Shown one piece after another: positions 11,503-24,119 of a DNA stretch of 64,000 nucleotides (position 1 is the stretch's first letter; every line of letters begins with the position of its first letter). The DNA lies in assembly GCF_004010195.1 (NCBI RefSeq), contig NC_057749.1, forward strand, positions 19,921,570-19,985,569, written 5' to 3'. Source of the DNA: Chiloscyllium plagiosum (Eukaryota). A program made the position numbers and the translations under genes. The notes under the pieces were generated by a model. That model did no database searches and had not been told where the DNA came from. It worked only from the letters and a program-made list of their open reading frames with translations.

Positions 11503-14400
11503 GACCAGTAAAGAAAAGCATACCAAGCGCTGCCTTCACTATCCTATCTACCTGTGACTCCACTTTCAAGGAGCTATGAACCTGCACTCCACTCCAAGGT
11601 CTTTGTTCAAGAACACTCTCTCTAGGACCTTACCATTAAGTGTACAAGTCCTGCTAAGATTTGTTTTCCCAAAATGCAGCAGCTTGCATTTATCTGAATT
11701 CCACTCCATCTACCACTTAGTCCATTGGCCCATCTGTTGTAATCTGAGGTAACCCTCTTTGCTGTCCACTTTACCTCCAATTTTGGTGTCATCTGCAAAC
11801 TTACTCACTGTACCTGTTATGCTCGCATCCAAATCATTTATGTAAATGACAAAAGGTAGAGGGCCCAGCACCGATCCTTGTGGCACTCCACTGGTCACAG
11901 GCCTCCAGTCTGAAAAACAACCCTCCACCACCACCCTCGTCTTCTACCTTTTTGAGCCAGTTCTGTATCCAAATGGCTAGTTCTCCCTTTTATTCCATGA
12001 GATCTAACCTTGCTAATCAGTCTCCCATGGGGAACCTTGTCAAATGCCTTACTGAAGTCAATATAGATCACATCTACTGCTCTGCCCTCATCGATCCTCT
12101 TTGTTACTTCAAAAAACTCAATCAATTTTGTGACATGATTTCCCAAAGCCATGTTGACTATCCCTAATCAGTCCTTGCCTTTCCAAATAAATGTACATCC
12201 TGTCCCTCAGGATTTGCTCCAACAACTTGCCCACCACAGAGGTCAAGCTTACCGGTCTATAGTTCCCTGGCTTGTCTTTACGGCCCTTCTTAAACAGCAG
12301 CACCACGTTTGCCAACCTCCACTCTTCTGGCACCTCGCCTGTGACTATTGATACAAATCTCTCAGCAAGAGGCCCAGCAATCACTTCTCTAGCTTCCCAC
12401 AGAGTTCTCAGGTACACCTGATCAGGTTCTTGGGATTTATCCACCTTTATCTGTTTCAAGACATCCAGCACTTCCTCCTCTGTAATCTGGACATGTTGCA
12501 AGATGTCACCATCTATTTCCCTGCAGTCTATATCTTCCATATCCTTTCCACAGTAAATACTGATGCAAAATATTCATTTAGTATCTCCCCCATTTTCTGT
12601 GGCTCCACACAAAGGCCACCTTGCTGATCTTTGAGGGGCCCTATTCTCTCTCTAGTGACCCTTTTGTCCTTGTATTTGGTAAATACAATTAAGGAGAATC
12701 CAAAGGATTTTTACAATGCTATCTCATGTCCCAGTTTTGCCCTCCTGATTTCCCTCTTAAGTATACTCCTACTTCCTTATACTCTAAGGATTCACTCGAT
12801 CTATCCTGTCTATACCTGACATATGCTTCCTTCTTTTTCTTAACCAAACCCTCAATTTCTTTAGTCATCCAGCATTCCCTATACCTACCAGCCTTCCCTT
12901 TCAACCTGACTGGAATATACTTTCTCTGGATTCTTATCTCATTTCTGAAGGCTTCCCATTTTCCAGCCATCCCTTTACCTGCAAACATCTGCCTCCAATC
13001 AGCTTTTAAGTTCTTTCCTAATACTGTCAAAATTGGCCTTTCTCAATTTAGAACTTCAACTTTTTAGATCAGGTCTATTGTTTTCCATCGCTAGTTTAAA
13101 ACGAATAGAATTATAGTCACTGGCCCCAAAGTGCTCCCCCACAGACACCTCAGTCACTTGCCCTGCCTTATTTCCCAAGAGTAGGTCAAGTTTTGCACCT
13201 TCTCTAATAGGTACATCCACATACCGAATCAGAAAATTGTCTTGTACGCACTTAAGAAATTCCTCTTCATCTAAACCTTTAACACTATGGCAGTCCCAGT
13301 CGATGTTTGGAAAGTTAAAATCCCCTACCATAACTACTCTATTATTCTTACAGATAGCTGAGATCTCCTTAGAAGTTTGTTTCTCAATTTTCCTCTGACT
13401 ATTTGGGGGGGGGGGGGTCTATAATACAATCCCAATAAGGTGATCATCCCTTTCTTATTTCTCAGTTCCACCCAAATAACTTCCCTGGATGTATTTCTGG
13501 GAATATCCTCCCTCAGCACAGCTGTAATGCTATCCCTGATCAAAAATGCCACTACCCCTCTTCTCTTGCCTCCCTTTTCTATCCTTCCCGTAGCATTGTA
13601 TCCTGGCACATTAAGCTGCCAGTCCTGCCCATCCCTGAGCCATGTTTCTGTAATTGCTATGATATCCCAGTCCCATGTTCCTAACCATGTCCTGAGTTCA
13701 TCTGCCTTCCCTGTTAGGCCCCTTGCATTAAAATAAATGCAGTTTAATTTATTAGGCCTGCCTCCTTTCTCCCCCCCACCTTACTAGTTTAAATCCTCTC
13801 GAGCAAATTTCCCTGCTAGTATATTAGTCCCCATCCAATGTAGGTGCAATCTGTCCTTCTTGTATAGGTCACTTCTACCCCAAGAGATTCCAATGATCCA
13901 AAAATGTGAATCCTTCTCCCATACACCAGCTCCTCAGCCATGTATTCATCTGCTCTATCCTCCTATTCTTACCCTCACTAGCTCGTAGCACTGGGAGTAA
14001 TCCAGATATTACTACCCTTTTAAAAAGGACCTCCTTTTTAAATTTCTGCCTAACTCTCTGTAATCTCCCTTCAGTATCTCAACCTTTTCCCTTCCAATGT
14101 CATTGGTTCCATTGTGGACAATGACCTCCTGCTGGTCCCTTTCCCCCATGAGAACATTCTGCACCCTCTCTGAGACGTCCTTGATCCTGGCACCAGGGAA
14201 ACGCACAATATTCTGCTTTTTCTCTGGCCACAGAAACATCTGTCTGTACCTCTGACTACAGAATCCCCTAACACAATTGATCTCTTGGAAGCCAACGTAC
14301 CCCTTGTTGCATTAGAGCCAGTCTCAACACCAGAAACTTGGCTGCTTGTGCTACGTTCTTCTGAGAATCCATCACCCCCTACATTTTCCAAAACAGCACA
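11503..14400 (-). mobile_element. Long CR1 LINE: partial ORF1 (SGNH esterase), APE endonuclease and RT; frameshifted, 3'-truncated
   Basis: Minus-strand peptides IVLGDSVVRG and VIVHNGTNDIG (esterase), GLYYRPP and VGDFNFPNIDW (APE), YIDFSKAFDKVPH, SGVPQGSVLGP and KFADDTK (RT). Confidence 0.95.
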
Positions 14401-15085
14401 GAAGGACATAGATAAGCTGCAGAGCTGATGGGTGGCAAATGGAGTTTAATATGCGAAAAGTGGAGGTGATTCACTTTGGAAGGAACAACAGGAATAAACA
14501 GTATTGGACTAAAAAGATTCTTGGTAGTGGAGATGAGCAGAGAGATCTCTGTCCAATGTATAAAGTTGCCTCCTGAATTGATAGGGTTGTTGCAGCTGTA
14601 CAAAACTCTGGAGTTGCTGCACTTGGAGTATTACATACAGTTCTGGTTGCCACATGGAAAGGATGTGGAAGCTTTGGAAAGGGTGCAGAGGAGATGTTGC
14701 CTGATATGGAGGGAAGGTTTTGTGAGAAAAGGCTGAGGGAACGGAGGTTTTTTTCTTGGAGCGAAGGTTGAGAGGTGATGTAATTGAGACATGATTAGAT
14801 AGGGTGGACATTGAGAGCTTTTTTCCTTGGATGGTGACAGTTAGCATGAGAGCCATAGCTTTAAATTGAGGGGTGATAGATATAGGACAAATGTCAGAGG
14901 TAGTTTCTTTACTCAATAGTAGGAGTGTGGAATGCCCTGCAGCAGTAAACTCACCAAGTTTCAGGGCATTGCAATGTCACTCCATAAACTTGGATGAAAA
15001 TGGAATAGTGCAGGCTTCAGATTGTTGCACCGACCTGTGGAACCATTGAGGGCCTGTACTGCACTGTAGTGTTGTATGTTCTATT
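14400..15085 (+). mobile_element. CR1 LINE 3' fragment (second subfamily)
   Basis: Peptide LHLEYYIQFWLPHGKDVEALERVQRR plus a CR1 tail; same subfamily as the minus-strand copy starting at 19110. Confidence 0.8.
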
Positions 15086-15098
15086 ACTGATTGCCAGT

Positions 15099-15217
15099 AG
15101 AAAGTGAGGACTGCAGATGCTGGAGATCAGAGCTTAATGTGTTGCTGGAAAAGCACAGGTTAGGCAGCATCCAAGGAGCAGGAGAATCGACGTTTCGGGC
15201 ATGAACCCTTCTTCAGG
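15099..15217 (-). mobile_element. Penelope-like terminal repeat
   Basis: aaagtgaggactgcagatgctggagatcag...ggagaatcgacgtttcgggcatgaacccttcttcagg; same family as 10392, 50387 and 62225. Confidence 0.8.
15189..15216 (-). ncRNA. Minimal type I hammerhead ribozyme core (putative)
   Basis: Minus strand reads CUGAAGA-A-GGGU UCAU GCCC-GAAA-CGUC: CUGANGA box, 4-bp helix II, GAAA, palindromic ACGU mini-helix III and a GUC site. Helix I has only ~2 bp in this copy. Confidence 0.6.
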
Positions 15218-18200
15218 AGGGTTACTAGTGGCTGACTGGGTTATGGGAATCAAGAAATCTGCTGTCAACCAGCCAGATGACTTGTTGCTGTTCTAGTCTT
15301 CAAACCTCTCCAGCTGCTTCAACTTGTGCCTCTTCCTTTGACCTAGTTATAACTATTGTTGGAAAGGAACTAACTCATTTGAACTTAATGCCAAAATTAA
15401 AACTTTCTCAAGTGTGAGTGGAAGGTGATAACTGTGAAGGCAGTCTTGGGTCATAAGTTTTGAAAAGATTTGATTAAGCACAAAGCTTTGATAAATTGGG
15501 GATGAGCATTGTCTTGTGAAAGTCAATAGATCCTGCTGCTGAGCTTAACCAAAATCTAGCTGACATTCAAGCTAAAGAACAGATTTGTGACTTTTTTAAT
15601 CACCTGTGTTTGCAGGAACCCAAATTAATATTGACTTTATAAACTCTAGAATTCTTAATTTTGTCTCTAAACCTTATTACTTTTTGTCTGGAGGTGATTG
15701 CTAAAATGAGATTTTGGTGTTATTAGTAAATCTGTTTTGGGTTCTAATCTAATTTGCTTATAAAATGCTTTCTATAAAGTAGCTATCAAATAGGCTGTGT
15801 GAACTAAACTCTGTTCCACTATTGCATAGCACAACTCAAGACAGGGGAAGTGGAATTCTGGACAAGTTTGTCAGGCTAAGTCAAAGCATCATGCATTGGG
15901 ACAAGCTAATGAGGTATTGGTGTTTGAATAGAATTAGTGTGGTGGTGATGCTTGTAATTAGTCAAAGGACCACAGGTAAACAAACTCTACTTTTTGGCAG
16001 TGCAGGAATAGATCCAGGTTGGTGGTGGAACTGAGCATATGTTTGAGCAAGTGTGAAGCCTTTGAAGCTGAGGACTCAGATTTTTGCAGGTTCAGGCTAA
16101 ATGTAGCGTGGAGAAACAATGTTTTGGTAATTTAAATTGTAGAGCTGTCTCAGCCCATGAACAAGTCTTGAAGCAGTTGTCTATGGAACCTTGGTAAATT
16201 TCTGCCATGCATCTTTTCGATGTTACACTCTACCATTTGAGATACACAATAGCAGAGTTTTTGGACATGTCAGTCATGGTGTGTGATGCCTCCAGTGTGC
16301 TGGGACATTTGGAAGCAATGCTGTTACATGTAGCCTTCATATTGAAGGAGGCGCTCTCACGCAGTAGTCATGGTGGAACCTAAACGGGGAATCCAAGTGG
16401 TTGCAACTTGACTGTAGTGTGCTTGTATCTGAGCAATTTTCCGTCCTGTCAGGCAGATGCAAGTGTTGCAACTATGTACTGGAACAGCTTAGTTAGGGCT
16501 GAGGTACGTTCTGGAGCACAAATCTCCAGTACTCTGCACGACTGCCAAAATGTTGTCAGGATCCAGTCTCTCCATTAGAGATGGTTAGAGGCTTCCTTTG
16601 CTCGGAGGTTTGGGATATTTGCATACCATCTGACTCCCATTCTTTTAATCATAATTGTATGTAGCAGGATTACAGATCTTGGATCTGATCTGTTGTTTTG
16701 TGGATTGCTTGGTCATGTCAGTTGCATGCTACTTCTGTTTTGCATGCAAGTAATTTTTGTAGTGTAGTTTGAGGGTTCATTACACAAAATAGGCTATTCA
16801 GTGCCTCATGCTTGTCTGTTCTATCATTCAGATCATGGTTGATTGATGGTCTAGCTCCATATACTGCCTTGCGCACACCCCTTAATACCTTACTAACAAA
16901 AATGTATTTCTTTTAAAATTAACAACTCGTGTCTGCTTTTGGAGAGGAGTTGCAAACTTTGGTGTAGAATCTTGATAACCTCTCTCTCCTGAATTTTTAT
17001 GCTATGCCTATAGTTTGAGAAACCCCAACCAGTGGAAATAATTTTATCTCCCCTGTTTAATATCTTTATCAGATTACCCCTTCGTCTCTTAAATTTAGAA
17101 AATGGGGCTAATTTGTGTATTTTTCTCAAACCACTGAAGTTTGGGTATAAATCTGTAAACCTATATTGTGCTGTTCTCCCAAGGTCAACTAATCATTCCT
17201 AAGGTGGGCTACACTGATCTGCTGACCATACTCAAGTATGACTTTCTATAACTGCAACATAACCTGTGCATCCTTGTACTCCTGTTCTCTAGATATAAAA
17301 GTCAACATTTCATAGCTTTAGATTATCTGCATCTGTTTGTGGCTCTTTAAAGATATACACCAGCATCTCAAATCTCTGGACATCCACTAACTTCATACCA
17401 GCTAGGAAGTACCCTGATCTACCCTATTTTGGTCCCAAAGTGAATACATGAATTCCTTCTGCTACAGTTTTGCTCATTCAATTAGTCGCATCAGTATCCC
17501 TTAATGTTATGCTATCATGTCTGCACCATCTACAATGCCACTTAATTGCCGTCAAGTTTGGGTATGGCTTTCTGCCATTATCCAAGTTAATAAATAATGA
17601 AGTAAGCCTCCTAGTGCGTACTCCTGCACTCCTTAATTGAACCAGGTTTGAACTGTCAGCTTAGCAGTAACTAGGAAGTGAGATATTCTAATCATAGTTT
17701 AGCATATGTTGTTCAAATTTGCTGATCCACAGTGCCTCTCAGATGTCCAGTTTTGAGCTAGATTTTTGAAGCTTGTCCCAATTTGTGCATATCTGCAATG
17801 CTACAATATAGTACAGGTTGTGCTATAAAGTTTGTTTGCTATAATGTTGACTAATTGGGGACACTCAGTCGTAGATTTAAAGCACAAAAACAAACCCTTC
17901 AGTCCAACCCGTCCACATGGACCAGGTATCCCAACTCAATCTGGTCCCACCAGCCAGCACCTGGCCCATATCCCTCCAAATCCTTCCTATTCATATACCC
18001 ATCCAGATGCCTTTTTAATTGTTGCAATTGTACTAGCCCCCACCACTTCCTCTGGCAGCTCATTGCATACAAAGTATGCTAATTGCCACTTCACTATCCT
18101 GTACACTTGTGACTCTACTCTTCAAGGAACTATGAATTGGCACTCCAAGGCCTTTGTTCAGCAACTACTTGCAAGACGAATTCAGGAGATAGCTAAAAGT

Positions 18201-19109
18201 CAATCACATTGCTGCAGTCTGGAATTGCATGAAATCCAGACCAAATGAGGAATGGCATATTTGTTCCTTGGCTTATTAGTGACCAAGTTAACGAATAAGA
18301 ACTGAATTGTTGGACAAATTCTTAAGCCATCGAATTAATATAATTTGCGATTGACTTTGGAGAAGTTTGCCTCCTTTTTTCAGAAAAAGGCTGAAGACCA
18401 TGGAACATTTCCATATAACTGTATTAAATTGGTAAATCTGAACTGAATTGTTCAAGTGGTATTAGTTTAACAAGTTAGTTTGGAAGCAAAATAGTGTGAA
18501 CAGTCACTAATGAAATGTAGAAAACAAAAATCCAACTAAACAAATTGGATATCCCTCTTGAGATGGTTGAAGCTGCGTTCTGTCTCAAGCAGATTAATGA
18601 CTTGCCTGCAAAGTAAGCCATGGGATATGCTTGCCAAGTGACCTCTTGTGGCACTCAGAATTCTAAAGATTCATAACCTCATCTCCATCCTAAATGGCTG
18701 GTCAGTGTTAAAAGTCTGCATTTCCCATTTTCCCCCCTTTCTGCTTTAGATCTTAACCAGAGGTTAACATGGTAATACATGTACAAAGGTTCTCTAACAA
18801 TGATCATTTCTCACCACTTAATCCTTTTTTACTCCAAGTTAGATGACTTAAATGAAGAAATTGCATTTCATCTGCATTTTTTTTTTGTCTACTCACTCTA
18901 CCAAAATTCCCTTTCAAGCTCTCTGCTTTTTGTGGTTTACTTTTTCTACCCAGCTTGTCATGAGCATACTTCACACTTAGTTTCTCTTGTTTTGACTCAC
19001 TTATCGCTTAAATGGTTGCAGAATATCCCTGATCCACGTGATGCACAGCTGCTTGCAACCTAGACCCATTAACATGGAACTGGGCATTGCTGGCCAGCCA
19101 GCATTTATT

Positions 19110-22100
19110 GAACACTACAGTGCCATACAGGCCCTTTGGCCCTCTGACATATGGAACCAAACTGAAGGCCAGCTATCCTACCCGATTCCATTATCATCCA
19201 TATGTTTATCCAGTAACCATTTAAATGCCCTTAGTGGGCAAGCCTACTATTGCAGGCAGTGCATTCCACACCCCCTACTACGGAGTAAAGAAATTAGCCC
19301 TGATATTTGTCCTATATCGATCACTCCTCAATTTAAAGCTATGGCCCTCATGCTAACTGTTTCCATCAGTGGAAAAAGGTCTTACTGTCCACCTTCTCTA
19401 ATCCTCTATCTTTTTGGGCTCTTTTACCTCACGACCTTCTCTCTAGCAAAAACTCCCTAAAGTTCCTCAGCCTTTCCTCCATACTAGGCATCCTCTTAGT
19501 AAATCTCCTCTGACCTCTTTCCAATGCTTCCATACTCCCTATAATGTGGCGACCACAGTACAAGTATGGTCACAGTTTTGTACAGCTGCAATATGACCTT
19601 GTGGCTCCGAAACTCAATCCCTGTACCAGTAAAAGCTCACATGCCTTAACAACCCTATTAACCTGGGTGGCAACTTTCAGGGATCTACATACATGGGCAC
19701 TGAGATCTCTCAGCTCATCCATACTGTCAGGAATCTTACTATTAGCCTAGTACTCTATTCCTGTTGTTCCTTCCAAAGTGAATCATCACCACATTAAACT
19801 CCATTTGCCACCTGTCAGCCCAGCTCTGCAGTTTATCTATATAACCTGTGACATCCTTTGGCACTGTCTACAACTCTACCTACCTTGGTGTCATCTGCAA
19901 ACTTACTAACCTGAACTGCTACACCCTCATCGAGGTCACTCATAATGGCCAGCAACAGTGGACCTAAAACAGAGCCTTGTGATACACTATTAGTAACTGA
20001 ACTCTAGGATGAACATCTCCCATCTACCACTGTCTTCTGGCTCGCTGAAAGAAAATTTCTGATCCAAACTGCTAAATCGCTGTCAATCCCATGCCTCTGT
20101 TTTCTGCAGTAGCCTACCATGGGAACATTATCAAACAGGGTTGGTGGCGATTTGCCGCGGCACATTCACTGCCACTGATTAGCCACTGTTGATGCGCCAC
20201 TAGCGTTTCTCCACTGGAGGTATTTCACCTCTGGAGACTATTGGTTTATGAGTTACAAACTTTAACCAGAAAAAGGAAGTCAATTTTAAAAATATTGATA
20301 ATGGCAGTAAAATCTCTCATTGTTTAATATTAATGAAAGTTCAGTTCATTTGAGTTATGCACTATTCCTCTAAGATATTCCAAACAATCTCTTTTTTTTT
20401 GCCATATTCAACAGCAATTTTTTTTATACTATTGTCTGCGTCTCGATACTTTTTTAGCTTTTTGTGGTGGGTAACCTGCTATCAGCAGTTCTATGTATAA
20501 ATCACACCCCTTTTGCACTTTCATTAAAGTTCCAAAAAAATTTCCATATGGTTGGGTGGTGAGCTCAGAGTTCAAAAGCAATTCTTGATGAATGGCTTCA
20601 GCATGATTATTTGTGCGATCTTCATCGTTTATTGTTGTCTCAGACTGACCACACATGGGGAAACAAAGGTGCCTTTTGGTTACTGCCACGCCTATTGTAG
20701 GGTCTAATATAATTAAATTCAAATCAATCTAGTATTGGTTGTAGTTCTTGAGGCAAAATCTGCGAGTGCTTCTACATAGTTATCAAGGTCTCAAAGTGGC
20801 ACAAAAGCCAAAGCAATTATCATTTTTTGCTTTTAAAGCATAATCCGGATCAGTGTTGTATTGACAAGTTGCTCCAACTGCAGCAATATATCCATACATT
20901 GTGCCAAATGAAAGAAACAGCCTCTAATTCTAACTTCAGGAAAACATTCTCTCATAGCACTAACTACCTGCTCAGTCACAATGGATATTCTGTGGTGAGA
21001 TTAGGTACTTAGGACTTCACCATTTTAAACATGCATACATATGTTGAATGCTGCTTATTTGGTAGAAGTATATACAATATTGGATGAACCCCATCAAGTC
21101 TTTTTGCTAAAATACAATATACCTGAGAATAAAATAGGGGCTATGTTGAATGTACAATCCACAAACCAGGTGCATTCTGCTAAATGATGTATCCAAGATT
21201 CCCTACCAAATACGATTATTCAATTACTTCCTTGACCACTATCCGCCAAAAGAAATTTTCTTCTGCTCTGTTATCCGGCTTATATACTTTGTATTTCATT
21301 GGAATCACCAAATGCTGAAGATCAGTAGGGTTTGGTGGCACTAAACTAACATCATTCCTTTTTCGTCGAATTATTTTTCGTGCTGCTTGTTGTCTATAAA
21401 GATGCTAGGACTGACTGAGGGGCATCAGCTACACATTAGTTAATAAGAGCACTAGGTACTTCCTGCAATTCTTCTGCACAACGTTTTAAACTTCTCACTT
21501 TCGCAACTTGGACGCTTGCTGCTGAAGGAGAATGTGTCCACTAATTGTTTTTGTCACAATGCCACTGTGTGAATCCGTCCATTACATCGGCCCCTTTGTT
21601 CACATCGCCAAAACTTAATACTTGAATCACTCTTGGATAGTTTATCAAAAATATATATCAAACCATCGTGGTAAAACTTCTTATTGCGACATTTACTAAT
21701 GTTTCCATACTAAAAATTCCTGTTCCAAAAATTGGTGTGGTCGTGAACTGGCTAATCGTCTTCAATGGCACGGTGGCGAAGCATCCTCTGTGGTGAAAGG
21801 GCAGTGGCTAATTGGTGACAAATGGTTGCATCCTGATCAAACACTTTTTTTACTGAAATCCATGTACATCTTATCAACTGCTTTACTACTGTCATCCACC
21901 TGTTTGGTTACCTTCTCCAAAAAAGGTTTGACACAGCTACCCTTAACTGTTAACTATCCCTAATCAACGTATTAGTCTCAAGATGATAAATCCTATCTTT
22001 TCTAATCCTTTCCAACACTTTACTCACAATCAAAGTAAGGCTCGCTGGTCTATAATTAGCAGGTTGTCCCGAGTTCCTCTTGAACAAGGGGACATTTGCT

Positions 22101-23390
22101 AGCCTCCAGTCTTCTGGCATTCATCCTGTAGATAAGTGCATAAAGATCAAAGGCTTTGCAATCTCCCTAGCTTCCTAGAGAAAATAAATCCTATCTCGTC
22201 CAGGGGACATGTCTATTTTTACACTTTGCAGAATTGCTAACACTACTTCAACCTCAATCCTGTTTAGTCTAATAGTCTGTAAATCAGTATTCTCCTTGAT
22301 AACTTTGTCTTTTTCCAGTGTGAATACTGAAATATTCATTTTAGCTCCTCTCCTATATTGTTAGATTCCATGCACAACTTCCTACTGCTGTCTTTGATTT
22401 GGCTCTAATCTTTAGTCATTCTTTTATTCCTGGCATGCCTATGGGTTTTCCTCTGATTCTACCGCTGACGATGACTACTCATGTCCCCTCATGCTCTTTT
22501 TGTTCACTTTGGGTCCTTCCGGGCTAACTTGTAACTCTCGAGTGCCCTAACTGAGCCTTCACATCTCATCATCACAAGTTATCACCTTTCTCTTGACAAG
22601 AGTGTCAACTTTAGTAAACCACAGCTTCCTCCCTGTCCGACATACATACTTTATCAAGGACATGCTTCACACTTCAATGTGCCCATCCTATGCTTCATAA
22701 TTGCCTCAGCCCCCCCAAACGTACCAAAAGCTATAACTCTTGCCTTGCAGCAATACTTACCTCTCTTCCATTGCTAAAGTGAACATAACCAAACTGGTCA
22801 CTACTAAAGTGCTCACAAACCACCAAATCTAACACCTGACCAGGTTCATGACCAGTGTCCAATTCATTGTGGCCTTTCCCCATGTTGACTTGTCTACATA
22901 CTGTCAGGAAACCTGCGCACACTGGACAAAAACTGACCTATCTGAAGTACTCTACTATGGTATTTCCAATCAATATTAGAACGTTAAATTCCCCCATCAC
23001 TACCCTGTTACTTTTGCTATCCAAGATCATCTTTGCAATCCTTCTACATCTTGCACTGTTGAGGCCTAGAGAAAACCCTCTCAACAGGGTGATTCGTCCT
23101 TTCCTGTTTCTAACCTCAGCCCACACTCAGTAGATGAGTCCTCTTTGCTACCTAATACTGTCATTGACTAACAGTGCCACACCATCCCCTCTCTTACCAT
23201 CTCTATTCTTGCTGAAACATCAAATCCTGGAACCTGCAATAACCATTGCTGTCCCTGCTCTAGCTATGCCTCTGAAATGGCCACAATGCTGAAGTCGCGG
23301 GTATCAACCCATGCTGCAAGTTCACCCACTTTATTCTGGATGTTCCTGGTGTTTGAAGTAGGCACACTTCAAACAGCCTTCCTGCCTTTT
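19110..23390 (-). mobile_element. CR1 LINE (3' tail to endonuclease) split by a DNA transposon
   Basis: CR1 sequence stops at ccatgggaacattatcaaa (20135) and resumes at atcaaacac...tactgaaatccatg (21836). APE peptide WAEVRNRKGRITLL lies at 22938-23126. Confidence 0.85.
20136..21835 (-). mobile_element. Degenerate DNA transposon, probably hAT (Tip100/ZMYM1-like), 1.7 kb
   Basis: Ends CAGGGTTG... and ...GCATCCTG, with subterminal ttagccactg/cagtggctaa inverted motifs and ATCAAA duplicated at 20130-20135 and 21836-21841. Minus ORF 20429-20722 has FPMCGQSE...GNFFGTL, resembling the L(A/P)xRGHxE...GNF motif of hAT transposases. Confidence 0.65.
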
Positions 23391-24119
23391 TATAGTCTAT
23401 CCAAAGTTGTGCTTGAAGATCATGAGTTGCTGCCTGGAGCCATCTACAATCCATAATGCCCTTAGGAATTCCAGGATTTTGACCCAATGATAGTCAAGGG
23501 ATGGCAGTATTTCTACATCCAAATGGTCAGGTGGCTCACCTTGTCCTTTTTTTAGGTGGATTTGATAGGTTTAGAAAATGCTATTTTAAGGCTTTATCAA
23601 GATCAGCGCATCTGTAGTAGTAGCAGTGTGTCCTGAGCATCAGTGGTGGAGGGAGTGGATGTTTATGGGTGTCAATCAAACAGGCTGCTTTTGTCTTGGA
23701 TTACATAAAGCCTTTTGTGGTAGTTGAGCTGCAGGTGGGGAGTATTGCATCACACTGAATTCTGCCTTGTGGCTTTTTTGGGATGGGTTTGTGATGTGAA
23801 TTACTTGCTGTATTCGTAGCCTTTGAGTAGTTGTTGCACTCCATACTTGATGAGTAAGTTGAGTTTCTGGACAACAATCGTGGATTCTGTTGATATCGGG
23901 TGGTAGTTAGTTGCCAGGCAATAACCATCTCCAAGTAAGGCCTCTGAATGTTACTTGCCACTTGTCAGCCTGCACCTGGTTTACGTTCAGTTCCTGTTTG
24001 AACATTGACTGCTTTGAGGTGCAAATGGGGCTAAATAGTGCAATTGTTAAACATCCCCACTTCTGACCTCTTATGATGGAGAGAAGGTCATGTGTCCTAA
24101 TACACTATCCTGAGCCAGT

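Noticed and set aside
11503..14400. Active LINE or domesticated RT/esterase gene
   Set aside because: Multiple frameshifts and stops, a micro-inversion and a missing 3' end.
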